Origin: Eledone cirrhosa
Lineage: Eukaryota
Assembly: GCA_964016885.1 (NCBI GenBank)
Contig: OZ024748.1
Span: 58,590,001-58,654,000, forward strand
Reading direction: 5' to 3'
Length of the DNA: 64,000 bases
Part shown: positions 35,296-48,308 of the stretch, piece by piece
Layout: each line of letters starts with the position of its first letter
How positions within the stretch are numbered: the stretch's first letter is position 1
Program-made: the position numbers and the translations under genes
The notes under the pieces: generated by a model
Told to the model about the DNA's origin: nothing
Database searches by the model: none
What the model saw: only the letters and a program-made list of their open reading frames with translations

Positions 35296-35374
35296 TTTAT
35301 CCCGGGTTTAATCGGGGATAACCCCAGTTCTAGTCCTGTAGAAGCCATTTCTATATTATATATATATATATATA

Positions 35375-36220
35375 CAGGGAGTGTAACGTGGAGTTACTGT
35401 AGGTTCACCCGGGTGAACACTCGATATTTAGGTTCACTTCTGTGTCGAAGTGTAGAGCTAGACATAGTGTTTTATAGTAAAATAAAACAAGGACGGGTGG
35501 TTAATTCTTCTTTACGTTTATTGGTTGGTGACGCGCGTTTCGTCACCGATCAGCTCAAGGTTGGATCTATATCGATGTAGCTCGACTCTGTAATCCACGG
35601 CTCGTCAGACCACTTATAATGGTAATGAAAAAATGATTTATATGGCGTGTGAGAATGTCTTATATTCCTATGGTGGTCAGTGAAGTATGTTTCGATTGGA
35701 GAGTTAATTCAGAGGGATACGTTTGCCTGTATTGTATGCGTGTTGGGGGTGTGGTGATTAGTTGGTGGTACAGGGCGTATGTTGAAGTGGGTGGCGGTGT
35801 AGGGGTGCTGATTGTCGGTATATACACGCAGCCAGACAGTCATATTATATACATACACATGTGTATATATATATACGCCAGTGGGATACGCGGTGTGGGC
35901 GAGTACATAAACATACATACACACAGACACACAAACATGCGGTGTTAGGTGTGGTATGTGTTGGTGAGGTTGATGGTTGTGGATGTATGGCGATGTGTTT
36001 TGTGGTGGTGGTGGGGATGATGAATGTGACATGAGATTTACAGGATCGAATGTTACAATGGGCTACAATTTACAATATTACAGAGAAAACAATGGTACTG
36101 AAATGAGAGTTGGTGATTATCCCTATGTTGAGTTCGAGCTAGGGTTTGTCCTTGGCACATGGCCGAATTTCTGGGTGGAATATAGAGAATTATTAAATAA
36201 ATAAATAAATAAATAAATAA
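35375..36220 (-). mobile_element. Family G pLTR-like element
   Basis: Tail gggagtgtaacg.ggagttactgtaggttcacccggg shared with 38332; strand-biased upstream region; HHR inside; right boundary approximate. Confidence 0.6.
35526..35612 (-). ncRNA. Type I hammerhead motif with extended (~60 nt) stem II domain
   Basis: tggt-CTGACGA-gccg...cggtgac-GAAA-cgcgcg-TC-acca. Confidence 0.72.
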
Positions 36221-37384
36221 ATGCCATTGTTAATTTATAAATAAATTAACTAATACCTTAACACTTAACACAGAGTAAAATATTTTGTTTTAAACATTTT
36301 ATAACCCAGAAAAAAAAAAAAAAAAAATAAAAGGAAAAAAATATTTTTTTCTTCCTAATAATCGTCTTTTTCTCCCTATTTTCATATATATATATATATA
36401 TATATATGCGAGTGCATTTATAATGGGAAAGGCACCTAATAAAAAGTCAGACAGTCATTAGTACGAGTACAAATGCAGTGGTATAAAGTTTGAGAAATGA
36501 AACATAATTCGGTATAAGTTCTTCTGGCTTTCCCGTTTTCATCTACTGCCAAATAGATTGCTGTCGTTCCTAGTTTTAGATATATGATGTACGCTAATAT
36601 GTACATCGTTGCATATGTGCACGGTATACGTATATGCTAGGATTAATGGAGATTTTATTAATAGGTGAGGTGATGTTTTTCTCCCAATTCCTAAATTCAT
36701 TGTTGTTTGCTCTACATGAAGTTATACCACTAGTACAAGTTGGAAAATTGCTATGACGGAAACGACTTTTCGCGTATAATTCGCAATTTACATAAATTCT
36801 CAATTCTTACTCATTTGAATATAATATTATACTTTCTCATTGTTAACCCTAATCCTTAACATACAAGGTCTTAAAATATATTTCACTTTTTTCTTTTTTT
36901 TATGGGTTTTTTTTTTATTTTCATGTATGGGGGTTAATATACATATTTCAGTGATGTGTATGATAGTGTCAAAGCTATAAACAATATAAAAACAACGATC
37001 CGGTTATTGAGCCAACCAGCCAACCGGAAATTTGTAATAAATCGAAATGAAAACCAACATGATTGTGTGTTTCATTGGCAGCATGATCCTCCTAAAGTAT
37101 AACAATATCTTTTTCAACACACGTATTCAGATAAGAAATCTCGCAAAAACAAATTAAAAAACGAAGTATGTTAATAAATATATATATAAACATATATGGA
37201 TGGATGGGTGGATGCATGAATGCATATATTTATATATTAATTTATGCAGAGACGCATTTTTTCATGTATGTATATATCGATGTATTTATTCATGAATGTA
37301 TAGATATATGTATGTATGTGTAGATGTATGTATTCATGTATATTTCCGTATATGTTTGCCAACGTTTGCCGAACGAACAATAAT

Positions 37385-38225
37385 ATTTGAAGAAAATATA
37401 GTATTATTAAGAAATATTAAAGTGGTGTTAACATCGGTAAAGCGAGCCAAAAACATGGTATCGATGAATTAACAGTGCGTATAAACTGCTAATCCCTAGA
37501 AGATGTATTAAGAAGAGAGGCAAAGTGCTACTTCATCATCGATATTTCAAACAACAGGAAACAAATGCATTGTGGTGATTGATGGGAGACATATTTTGTG
37601 AATTCGAATCGAAATGTGTAATCATAGGAGTATTTCGCTCAAGTTAAAGGGCCATCAATACAATATCTGTCAGTTTATAAAATATCGAGAAAATATAGAA
37701 ATAAAAAGATAACTGAAGAGGAAACTAACGAAACAATTCTTTGTTGAAGTACTTGAAGTTTCGACAGGCTTAGAAAACTCTGTGGAATCCATAATATATG
37801 ATTTACAATGGAGTGCTGAATATTGGACATAAATGCGGTAACCAGATACTTTACTGAAATGAACAATATATGGAAGATTGTGGTTACTTTGGTGAACAAA
37901 CATATTTGACAGGGGAAAGAATAAAAGCAGCCTTGGTTAAAACTGGCTTATAAATATCAAACATTTTCTACTGGATAGAAATTCTTGTGACTGAAATTGA
38001 AACCCATGTTGATCACGCAATCAGAAACGTCATGTTTTCTAAAGGATTTCACACGCGACCTCAAAAATGTTTTACAAATCTCAGTACCAAAGATAACCTG
38101 AAAATATAGATGGTTGGGCATTGATCCAAGAATTACTTATATAAAAACCCCGATAGATATTTGGATGTAAAAATTCATATTTCAAAAATAATATTAATTA
38201 TGGAAAATGCTCCCGGTGCCAAATT
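37385..38225 (+). pseudogene. Highly degenerate pogo/Tigger-like transposase relic
   Basis: Broken frames give IIKKY*SGVNIGKASQKHGIDELTVR (CENP-B HTH-like), KLKPMLITQSETSCFLK and ILIMENAPG (cf. Tigger KLKPLLIYHSENPR and LLLDNAPGH). Confidence 0.65.
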
Positions 38226-38331
38226 ACATGTTAAAATAATAACCTTTTAAAATTGTACTAATTATTTACGGAATAGAACCATACAAATTTCACTTCAATG
38301 ATATATTTATATATATATATATATATATATA

Positions 38332-38640
38332 CTGGGAGTGTAACGCGGAGTTACTGTAGGTTCACCCGGGTGAGCACTCGATGTTTAGGTTCACGTCGGT
38401 ATCGAAGTGTAGAGCTATACAGAGTGTATTATAATAACATAAGGATGAATTGTTACTCCTTTTTTACGTTTATTGGTTGCTGACGGGCGTTTCGCTATTA
38501 ATCAGGTCGAGATTCGATCTGTATCGATCTAGCCTGACTCTCTTACCAATGCCTCGAACCTTGAGCTGATTGATAGCAAAACGCGCATCACCAACGAAGA
38601 AAAACAACGAAGGAGTAACCATTCGTCCTTATTATATATA
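38332..38640 (-). mobile_element. Family G foldback element with inversion junction inside HHR stem II
   Basis: Arms ~38435-38517 / 38554-38635, diverged; tail 38332-38434. Confidence 0.65.
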
Positions 38641-38652
38641 TATATATATATA

Positions 38653-39079
38653 GTTAAAAGAATAGAGGTGTAACACACAAGTTATTATATATTGGTAAAC
38701 GGAATAGAAAATGCTGACAAATTGTTCACAGTTGAAAAATGGTTTAATTAGGAATAAAAGAGGATTAGTGATTGTATGGGTTAGTATTCAGTTGTGGTTT
38801 TAAGTTTTTAAGTTTTTACCGGTTGCGCATCTCTAAATGCTTTTCAAAAATAATTTTGAGATAGAGTGTCCGTGCTGTTTGCTCTGATCAGAGCAAACAG
38901 CACGGACACTCTATCTCAAAATTATTTTTGAAAAGCATTTAGAGATGCGCAACCGGTAAAAACTTAAAAACTTAAAACCACAACTGAATACTAACCCATA
39001 CAATCACTAATCCTCTTTTATTCCTAATTAAACCATTTTTCAAATGTGAACAATTTGTCAGCATTTTCTATTCCGTTTA

Positions 39080-39089
<10 letters not shown>
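38653..39089 (-). mobile_element. Spacer-less ~400 bp palindrome (centre 38887/38888) with ~33 bp tail, in (TA)n
   Basis: 38691-38887 mirrors 38888-39084 with one mismatch; HHR-like TTGAAAA-gcat ttagag atgc-GCAA-ccgg-TA at 38925-38961. Confidence 0.8.
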
Positions 39090-39156
<67 letters not shown>

Positions 39157-40217
39157 CAATGCTGGTGCTGGATTATGCAAGGAACAGCTTAAAGGGTTAT
39201 TTATTTCTTATAGATGTTGTAGGGACTTCAGGTTAAGAATTCAATTTGCTTATGTAATGATTTGGTTAATACAAGCTTGGAATTATTTCTTATTGTAACT
39301 AAAAAATCAATAAGAACCATACTGCAGAAACAGATATGTAAGGTATAGTGAATAATTGATTATCGGTTTCTACTTCCTTTATTTTCTTATAATCTTCTCT
39401 CACTTAGTTCGCGTGCAATAAGAATCCACATATGTTGTTGATAATTCTATAAACATGATATTTCCTGATAATAAACATCGTCACCAAATTTTATCATAAA
39501 TTTGAATTCATTCTTTTAAAAATAAAATATATAAAGATAAGCTTAAATCAATGCAGAAAGTCTTAAAAAATCATCGATCGTTCTCCTGAAAACAAAATAA
39601 TAATTCTCATGAATAAATGGAAATTTTTCAAATTAATGTTATAAAAATCTAGACTGAAAACAAAGAAATGTTACCTTAAGATATGATATAAATTATTTCG
39701 ATGACTACATATTTTTTTCTATGTGAAATTATACATTCAGCCTATTGAATTTTTAAACAAAATTTTATTCCCTTGCCTTTTCTTTTTCATGAACCATTGA
39801 CTTTACGGATAATGTAAGATTAATTAGATTACACTATTTAATTATAGTAATCCAATGCATACCACACGTTGCAATAACTAAAATATTTCTTCAACTGATT
39901 AAATCCTTCATTTTAACGTAAAGTTGCGTTGTTTTCTTTATTCTGTCTCTCTGTATGAAGACATGCTTAGTGTAGGTTAAGGGTGTGCAAAGGAAAATGA
40001 ATGTTTTATAAAAGTTAATGTAAATTATAATCTCAGAAGGTTTAAGATTGCTGTCATAATAAATACCTAAATAATTCTATTGTTTGGCTGGCGTCAATAC
40101 TGAAATTATCACATAATATATACACACATATATACATATATACATATGTATACACATATATATACATATATATATACATATATATTTATATATATATATA
40201 TGTGTGTAGAGTTTTAT

Positions 40218-40332
<115 letters not shown>

Positions 40333-40349
40333 AGAGTTTTATGATTTTA

Positions 40350-40411
<62 letters not shown>

Positions 40412-41756
40412 ATGCGTTTTATTTCTAAAGCTCTATTTCAGGGAACGTGGGTGATAATTACACGCAAATGTTATCAAAACATAATAGAGAGATTTTAACT
40501 CGAAGTGTAATTGGATTGTGCCTAAATCTGCTAAATCTTTACGACTAGAACTCCATAAATCTGTGAGTTCGAATTATTTTTCAATATATGCGTCGAAATT
40601 TCAAAAACAATATTATTATTTTCTAACTTCAATACCTAACTACACCCTCAGATAACGTTGACTGAAAACATGGATTGTAAATGAGTTTTTTAGTTAAACA
40701 GCGTCCTACTAACAAAGATACCGACTAAACCTTAATTTTGTTACATAAACAACATAATATAACATCCACCATCTACGAATACTTAACCTCTAATTATTTT
40801 ATTTAAATCTGGATCGAAAATATAAGGATTATAGATGACTTTTCTTGTTGACCACTATTTAGAACATTAATATTATATGAAATCCAGCATCCACGAATCT
40901 TTAATTTGGAACTATTTTTTAATATTCTTTTTCATCCCTTTTTCGAAGCTGAAGCCTTCATTTACTTTTTCTAACAGTAAGAATATATGTGTCTCACCAC
41001 ACCTGTATACTCATCCAGGCCACATTACCAATGTTGTACAAGGCAGATAAATTTTGGCACCAGTGACATCGTATCACATTTCTGCAGCTGAGGTAACTGG
41101 ACCAACGTGAAATAAAGTGTCCAAAGCGAAAATGAAACCTCCAGACTGCAAGCCCAAAAGCTCTAACCACTAAACAATCTACGTTCCGTAATATATGAAT
41201 CGAAAATATACGTACTATAGTTATGTTTTCTTGGTGAATACCATTCTACTAACTCAGATAACTACGAAACCCTAATTTTCGCAATTATATCTAATTATTT
41301 CTGCAGTATGTCAGAATATTAATTTAATCAATTCAGATCTTTGTTTATAGTTTTATAGCTGTTTTATTTTATAGTTTCGGATTTAAAATAAAAAACAAAC
41401 ATATATGAATGTAGATTCGATGAAAGTCATAAAATGTATAAAAACAAATATTGGTGAGATTGGACGATCAAAGATATTTCTTCAATGATATCAAACACAC
41501 CAGATGGCATTTACTTCGTAATTAAATAGTCGTGAATCTGCATGGAGGGAATTTTAATTGATTTAATACAACGTTAATCAGTTCAATATTTCTTTAAAGA
41601 ACAGAGATGATTCAGATTGTACAACTCACTTGAGATTTTATAAGAATTTTTGTTTTGTTTTCCTCGATTACACTAAGCTAAGTGTAGTAGTAAAAGTAAT
41701 AGTGGCGGGTAGTGATGGTGGTATTAGTAGTAGTAATATTAGTAGAGGTGTTGGTA

Positions 41757-41855
<99 letters not shown>

Positions 41856-41866
41856 TAGTAGTGGTG
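41757..41866. repeat. (GTA)n microsatellite
   Basis: Trinucleotide run. Confidence 0.95.
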
Positions 41867-42059
41867 GTGGCTGACTGATAATACCGATACAGAATCAGAA
41901 AAAATACTTTACGATATTTCCTGCGGGCCTCTATATACAGGATTCAATTCCTGCCTGAGGCAACTTAACATTTCCTTATCTATGGAAATAAGAATGATCG
42001 CTCGTGTGATGCATAAACACGTGTATATATATGCATATATATATACACACACATATATT

Positions 42060-42112
<53 letters not shown>

Positions 42113-42129
42113 ATATTTATATACATATG

Positions 42130-42175
<46 letters not shown>

Positions 42176-42178
42176 GTA

Positions 42179-42210
<32 letters not shown>

Positions 42211-42377
42211 CATATATATATGTATGTATATATTTATATACATATATATATATACATATATATATGTATGTATATATTTATATACATATGTATACATATA
42301 TATATATATGTATACATATATATATATATATATATATGTATATATTTATATACATATGTATACATATATATATGTAT

Positions 42378-42417
<40 letters not shown>

Positions 42418-42457
42418 TTATATACATATGTATACATATATATATATATGTATACAC

Positions 42458-42490
<33 letters not shown>

Positions 42491-42989
42491 TATAGATAGG
42501 TAAATATACACGGGTGTGTATGATTGTGTATAGAAGATTATATTAATAAGAGGAATTCCAACTTTGTCTGATTTACTCGTTTTATTTACAATCCTTTAAA
42601 ATATATATAATGGTATTATAATGAAATAGTATGATAGAATATTAAATTCTAAGTGTTAATTGAACAAGTACTTTCATGCTTTCGCAATCTTCAGGTTCAT
42701 GATATGTGGTGACAGTCGAGTTTGCAATTTTCAACTGTAATGAGATGAGTAAATTTCCTACCTTTTATACATTTTATACAGAGAAAAGTGGCTCCAGAAT
42801 GCAAAGCCCTGTAAACTGTATTTCGACCAATCAGTGTGTAGTTTCACTGAATTACTACAGCTGATTGGTTTAAGCGTCACGGCTGGTTGAGCATGCTAAC
42901 GACCAATAGTCATACCCAACGTATCAATTGTTTTGCTTCCTGAAATGATGAAAATAGCATTTTCTATTAATCATCACCATCAACATCAC

Positions 42990-42993
<4 letters not shown>

Positions 42994-43071
<78 letters not shown>

Positions 43072-43098
43072 GCTGTTGCTGTTGTTGTTGTTGTTGTT
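42994..43098. repeat. Compound (TTA)n(TTG)n microsatellite
   Basis: Trinucleotide runs. Confidence 0.9.
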
Positions 43099-43145
43099 AG
43101 TGGTCGTGGTCATAGTGGTAGTAGAAATAATACCCCTAGGCGTTC

Positions 43146-43924
43146 TTATTGTTCATTTAGCTTGGGTTTGAATTTATCAATAAAATTCTTTTCTTTGATT
43201 TTTCTCTTGATTTCACTTGGGTGTGTAATTTGTAGAATGGGAATATTATAAATATTCCCTGACCACATGTTGCCAGGTGGCCGCTTAGGGGTATCTGACG
43301 GACATTTGGGTCTCTGATTTGTTGACGGTGTACCCGTGCACGTTCCGATAGTGCATTTCCAGTTTGACCGACATATAGTTCTTCACAATTCGGGCATTTA
43401 ATGCAGTAAATTAGATTTCTGCTTTTGCAGTTCATATTTGCATTTGGGAATATTTTTCCAGTTTTTGTTTTCATATATTGACCGGCGTGTATGGATTGAC
43501 ATGTGCCGCATCGATTATCATTGCATTTAGATACAGTGAATGATTGGTCTTTGTTGTTAAGGTCAAACTTTGCTTTTGTTAGCAATTGCTTCAAATTTTT
43601 TGGCTGTCTTTTACTAAGAGTCAAAGATCGATCTGTGATTAAGCCTTTTAATTCATTACTTTGAGCAATGATCGGTAGGTTTGCTTTGGCAGTGTTGAAT
43701 ATATTCTGGTGACATGGGTTGTGTGTCATTATAAATGGTATGACCAGTTCTTGGTTTCTTCTAGCTTGGGTTGTTCTAAGTTGTTGTATAGGTATTTTTA
43801 TAGCCCGCTGTATGCCATTTTCTATAAGTAGAGATGGGTATTTTTGTTTGAGCAAAAATTCTCTTAGTTCTGTTAGGCGTTTGTACCTGGTATTCGTATC
43901 TTCTACAATGGTACAAATTCTTCT
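43146..43924 (-). mobile_element. Penelope-like element ORF 3' fragment (RT thumb, linker, Zn motif, GIY-YIG endonuclease), Neptune-like
   Basis: RRICTIV...FLLKQKYP; [11 protein letters not shown]; [10 protein letters not shown]; [28 protein letters not shown]; a 1-nt frameshift restores ...[15 protein letters not shown]. Confidence 0.9.
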
Positions 43925-43954
43925 ACACATATATATACATACATATATACATAC

Positions 43955-43987
<33 letters not shown>

Positions 43988-44051
43988 CATATATATATAT
44001 ATGCATATATACATATATATACATTTATAGATATATATACATATATATATA

Positions 44052-44219
44052 TTTCGTTTCTGAATTTGTTTAGCAAGATTCTTTATCTGAAATCGTGTGT
44101 TGAAACTGATATTTTTATACTTTGGGAGGTTCATGTTGCCAATATATAATAAATTGAAGTGAAAGCAACTGGTGCGTGTGTTTCTTATTGGCAACATGAC
44201 CCTCCCAAAGTATAACAAT
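44052..44219 (+). mobile_element. Family B tail with a 30-bp inverted copy (44115-44144 / 44186-44215)
   Basis: ttatactttgggaggttcatgttgccaata mirrors tattggcaacatgaccctcccaaagtataa. Confidence 0.65.
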
Positions 44220-44239
44220 ATATATATATACATATATAC

Positions 44240-44274
<35 letters not shown>

Positions 44275-44309
44275 CATATATACATATATATACATATATA
44301 CATATATAC

Positions 44310-44358
<49 letters not shown>

Positions 44359-44403
44359 CATATATACATATATATACATATATACATATATACATATATA
44401 TAC

Positions 44404-44438
<35 letters not shown>

Positions 44439-44640
44439 CATATATATACATATATATATATATATACATATATATACATATATATATATATATACATATA
44501 TACATATATATACATATATATATATATATACATATATACATATATATACATATATATATATATATACATATATACATATATATACATATATATATATATA
44601 TACATATATACATATATATACATATATACATATATATACA

Positions 44641-44814
<174 letters not shown>

Positions 44815-44897
44815 CATATACATATACATATATATATATATACATATACATATACATGTATATACATATATATATATATATATACATATATATATAC

Positions 44898-44964
<67 letters not shown>

Positions 44965-44985
44965 TATACACATATACATATATAT

Positions 44986-45060
<75 letters not shown>

Positions 45061-45089
45061 TATATATATATACGCATATATATATATAT

Positions 45090-45126
<37 letters not shown>

Positions 45127-45130
<4 letters not shown>

Positions 45131-45340
45131 AATATTAGGGTGGGGGACAAAGTGTTAATTTTAGAGTGGGGGTGGGCGACGACGTTTCGGGCATTATATA
45201 TATATATATATATATATATATTACGCCCGAAACATCGTCCCCTACCCCCACTCTAATATTAACGCTTTGTCCCCCACCCTAATATTAACACTTTGTACTG
45301 CACTCTTCGTTATTGTTTTTTTTTGTTTTTTTTAACTTAT
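45127..45340 (+). mobile_element. Foldback element (arms 45127-45196 / 45223-45290) with a (TA)n loop and a tail
   Basis: Each arm begins with an HHR 3'-half-like gccc-GAAA-cRtcg-TC. Confidence 0.7.
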
Positions 45341-45653
45341 ATATATATATATACACTTCAACGGCATTCAAATAAATTGTGCCTGTACAGGTAATCAAAG
45401 TGTGTATACATTTTATGGGACACCCTGTATATATATATATATATATATAGCCTACATTTTCAAATAAAAATACATCTTCCTTGGTCTTTACTAAGGTCTA
45501 TTTATAAGGAATAATATATTTTTACCATATATATATATATATCCAATATGTCCGACAGTTTTAATAGTTAAACTTAAGTGTTTCCAGCATTCTTTCAAAA
45601 TTGAAATATATTCACTACGTTGTCAAACGATCTCTACATTTATATGTATATGT

Positions 45654-45657
45654 GTGT

Positions 45658-45708
<51 letters not shown>

Positions 45709-45727
45709 CGTGCGTGCGCGTGCGTGC

Positions 45728-45806
<79 letters not shown>

Positions 45807-45815
45807 CGTGTGTGT
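45654..45815. repeat. (GT)n/(GCGT)n microsatellite
   Basis: Alternating purine-pyrimidine run. Confidence 0.95.
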
Positions 45816-47180
45816 ATACATATATATATATATATACACATATATATATACATATATTTACATATATATATGTGTGTGTTTTTGTGTATGTGTGTACGTG
45901 ACTCGTACACACATACACAATAGTATCTATAGCAGGCTAACTATTATCTTGTGGCTGTACCATGTAATTGTGTAAAACAAACTTCAGCCCACTTGATTAT
46001 GTGCAATAACACAATATATAAATATATGGAAACGTCTGTAACGTCTTATTAACAATAATACTGGAAATGCTGAGGAATGACAATTTACAAACCTCATTTA
46101 AATGTAAGGTCGATATAATACATATAATGCCAGAGGTTTGTAAGCGTCCCCCACGAATTAGATTATGGCTGCGCTGCTAAAATTTTAACGAAAATGATAT
46201 ACATATTAAAAGTATAAATTTCAGTCATAAAAACATAAAAGCAGGCTTATAGATACATTCTTGCTGTTTTGTGTTTAATAATGGTTCTCGTAGTGGTATG
46301 AGATAAATATCATTGTGGATACATCTTAGCACGTTTGAGAGAAACCAAACGATTTAAATGACGTTTGGATGACAGCCAGTTTCCCCGTAAGAGCAGAGAT
46401 TGTGGCTGCATTTGCGCCATAGTTGTAAGAATAATGATACATCTCACATACCTGACATGTCTGGGTTTACAGAGAAACAAAAATGTATCTTACTATTGTA
46501 TCATTTGCCAATCTTTTATTTCCAAGAAAAGAAAGCTAACACACAATCTTCGACTACAATCTCAAAATGGTTACTGACCATTCAAGAATTGACACGTTCA
46601 ATATATATTCACATGCATACACATTACTACTACGCCTATATTGCATTGAAATATATGTTACAGGCACATAGATCTAATATTTACTAGACCCATTAGTTTA
46701 TTTACTAATGCAATTTCCGATGCTAACCATCAAATCAATCAATTTAAAACCTATTCTAAGTTTGAAATAAACATATACGAATAATTCATCAATATAAAAT
46801 TCAATGGTTAACAAACAAAATATAGAAAATAAACATTACGCTTAACCCCATAATTCAATAACATATCTGTCAGTTTTCCATAGATTTTTATCTTACACCG
46901 GCGCCAATATCGGTTCCAAGTTTGTTTGAAAGAAAAGAAGCATCTCATTTAAAGAAACAAGATTACGCTAGGATGATGGAAGAGATACGTTGTAAAGTAG
47001 TTTAATGATTTCCATCAACAACAGCCAATAGCATTTCACAAAAGGATTATAAGCAAGAATTACCCAAAAGAAAAAGGAGAAATAATAATGGGAATGAGAC
47101 GAAGTAGACTGTAAAATGTGAACTACAACTGATTTTAAAGAATATATATATATATATGTATATATATATCTGTGTATGTG

Positions 47181-47214
<34 letters not shown>

Positions 47215-47317
47215 TATATAACAATAAATGTGAAGGTGTGTATAAATGTGTGTATGTATGAAATCAAATTTAATACAGAATATTTAAATACTGTTGATTT
47301 GTGAAAAACATTTTTAC

Positions 47318-47558
47318 CAAAACAATTGAGAATTATGTAACCAGTAAATCCGTGCAGTGATCGAGATGATATGATATATTCGTTATCTTCTATATTTATT
47401 TTTTGGGGTGCGGTTTTTGATTCTTCTAGTTTTTGCCAGATCATAAAATCAAAATTGTATTTCCTTCTCTGGACATACATACTGACGGCGAGAGAAACAT
47501 TCGTTGATCTTTGGGTAGATTCCAACTCTTTGAATAGTTTGGCCGTCAGCTTTTTTAA
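47318..47558 (-). CDS. Candidate internal exon (LKKLTAKLFKELESTQRSTNVSLAVSMYVQRRK...IILNCF)
   Basis: tactttag acceptor, 80 open codons, gtaaaa donor; no homology recognised. Confidence 0.35.
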
Positions 47559-47675
47559 CTAAAGTATAAGTTGAGGTTAAATTACCAAATTTTCTCTTTG
47601 TTCTCCTCTTTCACATCTTTTCCCATTTTATATCAGATATTATCAACCTAATTCACATGATTAATGTCTAGTCAA

Positions 47676-47866
47676 GGGGTGGATTGGCAGTATCGGTAGA
47701 GGGCCGGACGCCATGCTTTGCAGCACAGTTACGTCCCTTTACGGACTCAGTTCAAATCGCGCCGAGGTTAACTTTTCCGTTCTTCCTTACGGGGTCGATA
47801 AAATAAAGTACCAGTAATACACTGGGATAATTGTTGGCCTTGTACCAAAAAGTAGAAACAATTATT
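47676..47866 (+). mobile_element. tRNA-derived SINE with TSD attaatgtctagt (47660-47672 / 47864-47876)
   Basis: A box, B box (gttcaaatc), gtcgataaaataaagtaccagt core, 13-bp flanking direct repeat. Confidence 0.88.
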
Positions 47867-48116
47867 AATGTCTAGTTTTCTTCCTCAAGTATGCAATGAC
47901 CCCATATTCAATATAGTTTCATGTTTTCCTTATCTACGAAGAAAGGAAGGAGTTGGGAGAAAGAACCGGAGAAATCTAGTGATTCAGAGAAACAGAGAAA
48001 GCGAAAGAAATAACTGATTGAAGAGCACTAACTTGTTATGAGATTTGTGAAATTGTTATTGTTTCTTCCAACGCTAGCCCATTAGGAACACATTATGATT
48101 AGGAACACATTATAAA

Positions 48117-48308
48117 GGGCGGTGGATTGGCAGTATTGGTAGAGGGTCGGACGCCATGCTTTGACGTATAGATTTACGGCCCTTGCCATTCTGAGTTCAA
48201 ATCCCGCCAAGGTTAACTTTGCCTTTAATCCTTACGGGGTCGATAAAATAAAGTACCAGTAATGCACTGGGTAATTGCTGGCCTTGTATCTAACGTAGAA
48301 ACAATTAT
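48117..48308 (+). mobile_element. tRNA-derived SINE
   Basis: Same family as 47676-47866; flanking attatgattagg direct repeat. Confidence 0.88.

Noticed and set aside
41630-41878. Poly-Val ORF
   Set aside because: (GTA)n microsatellite.
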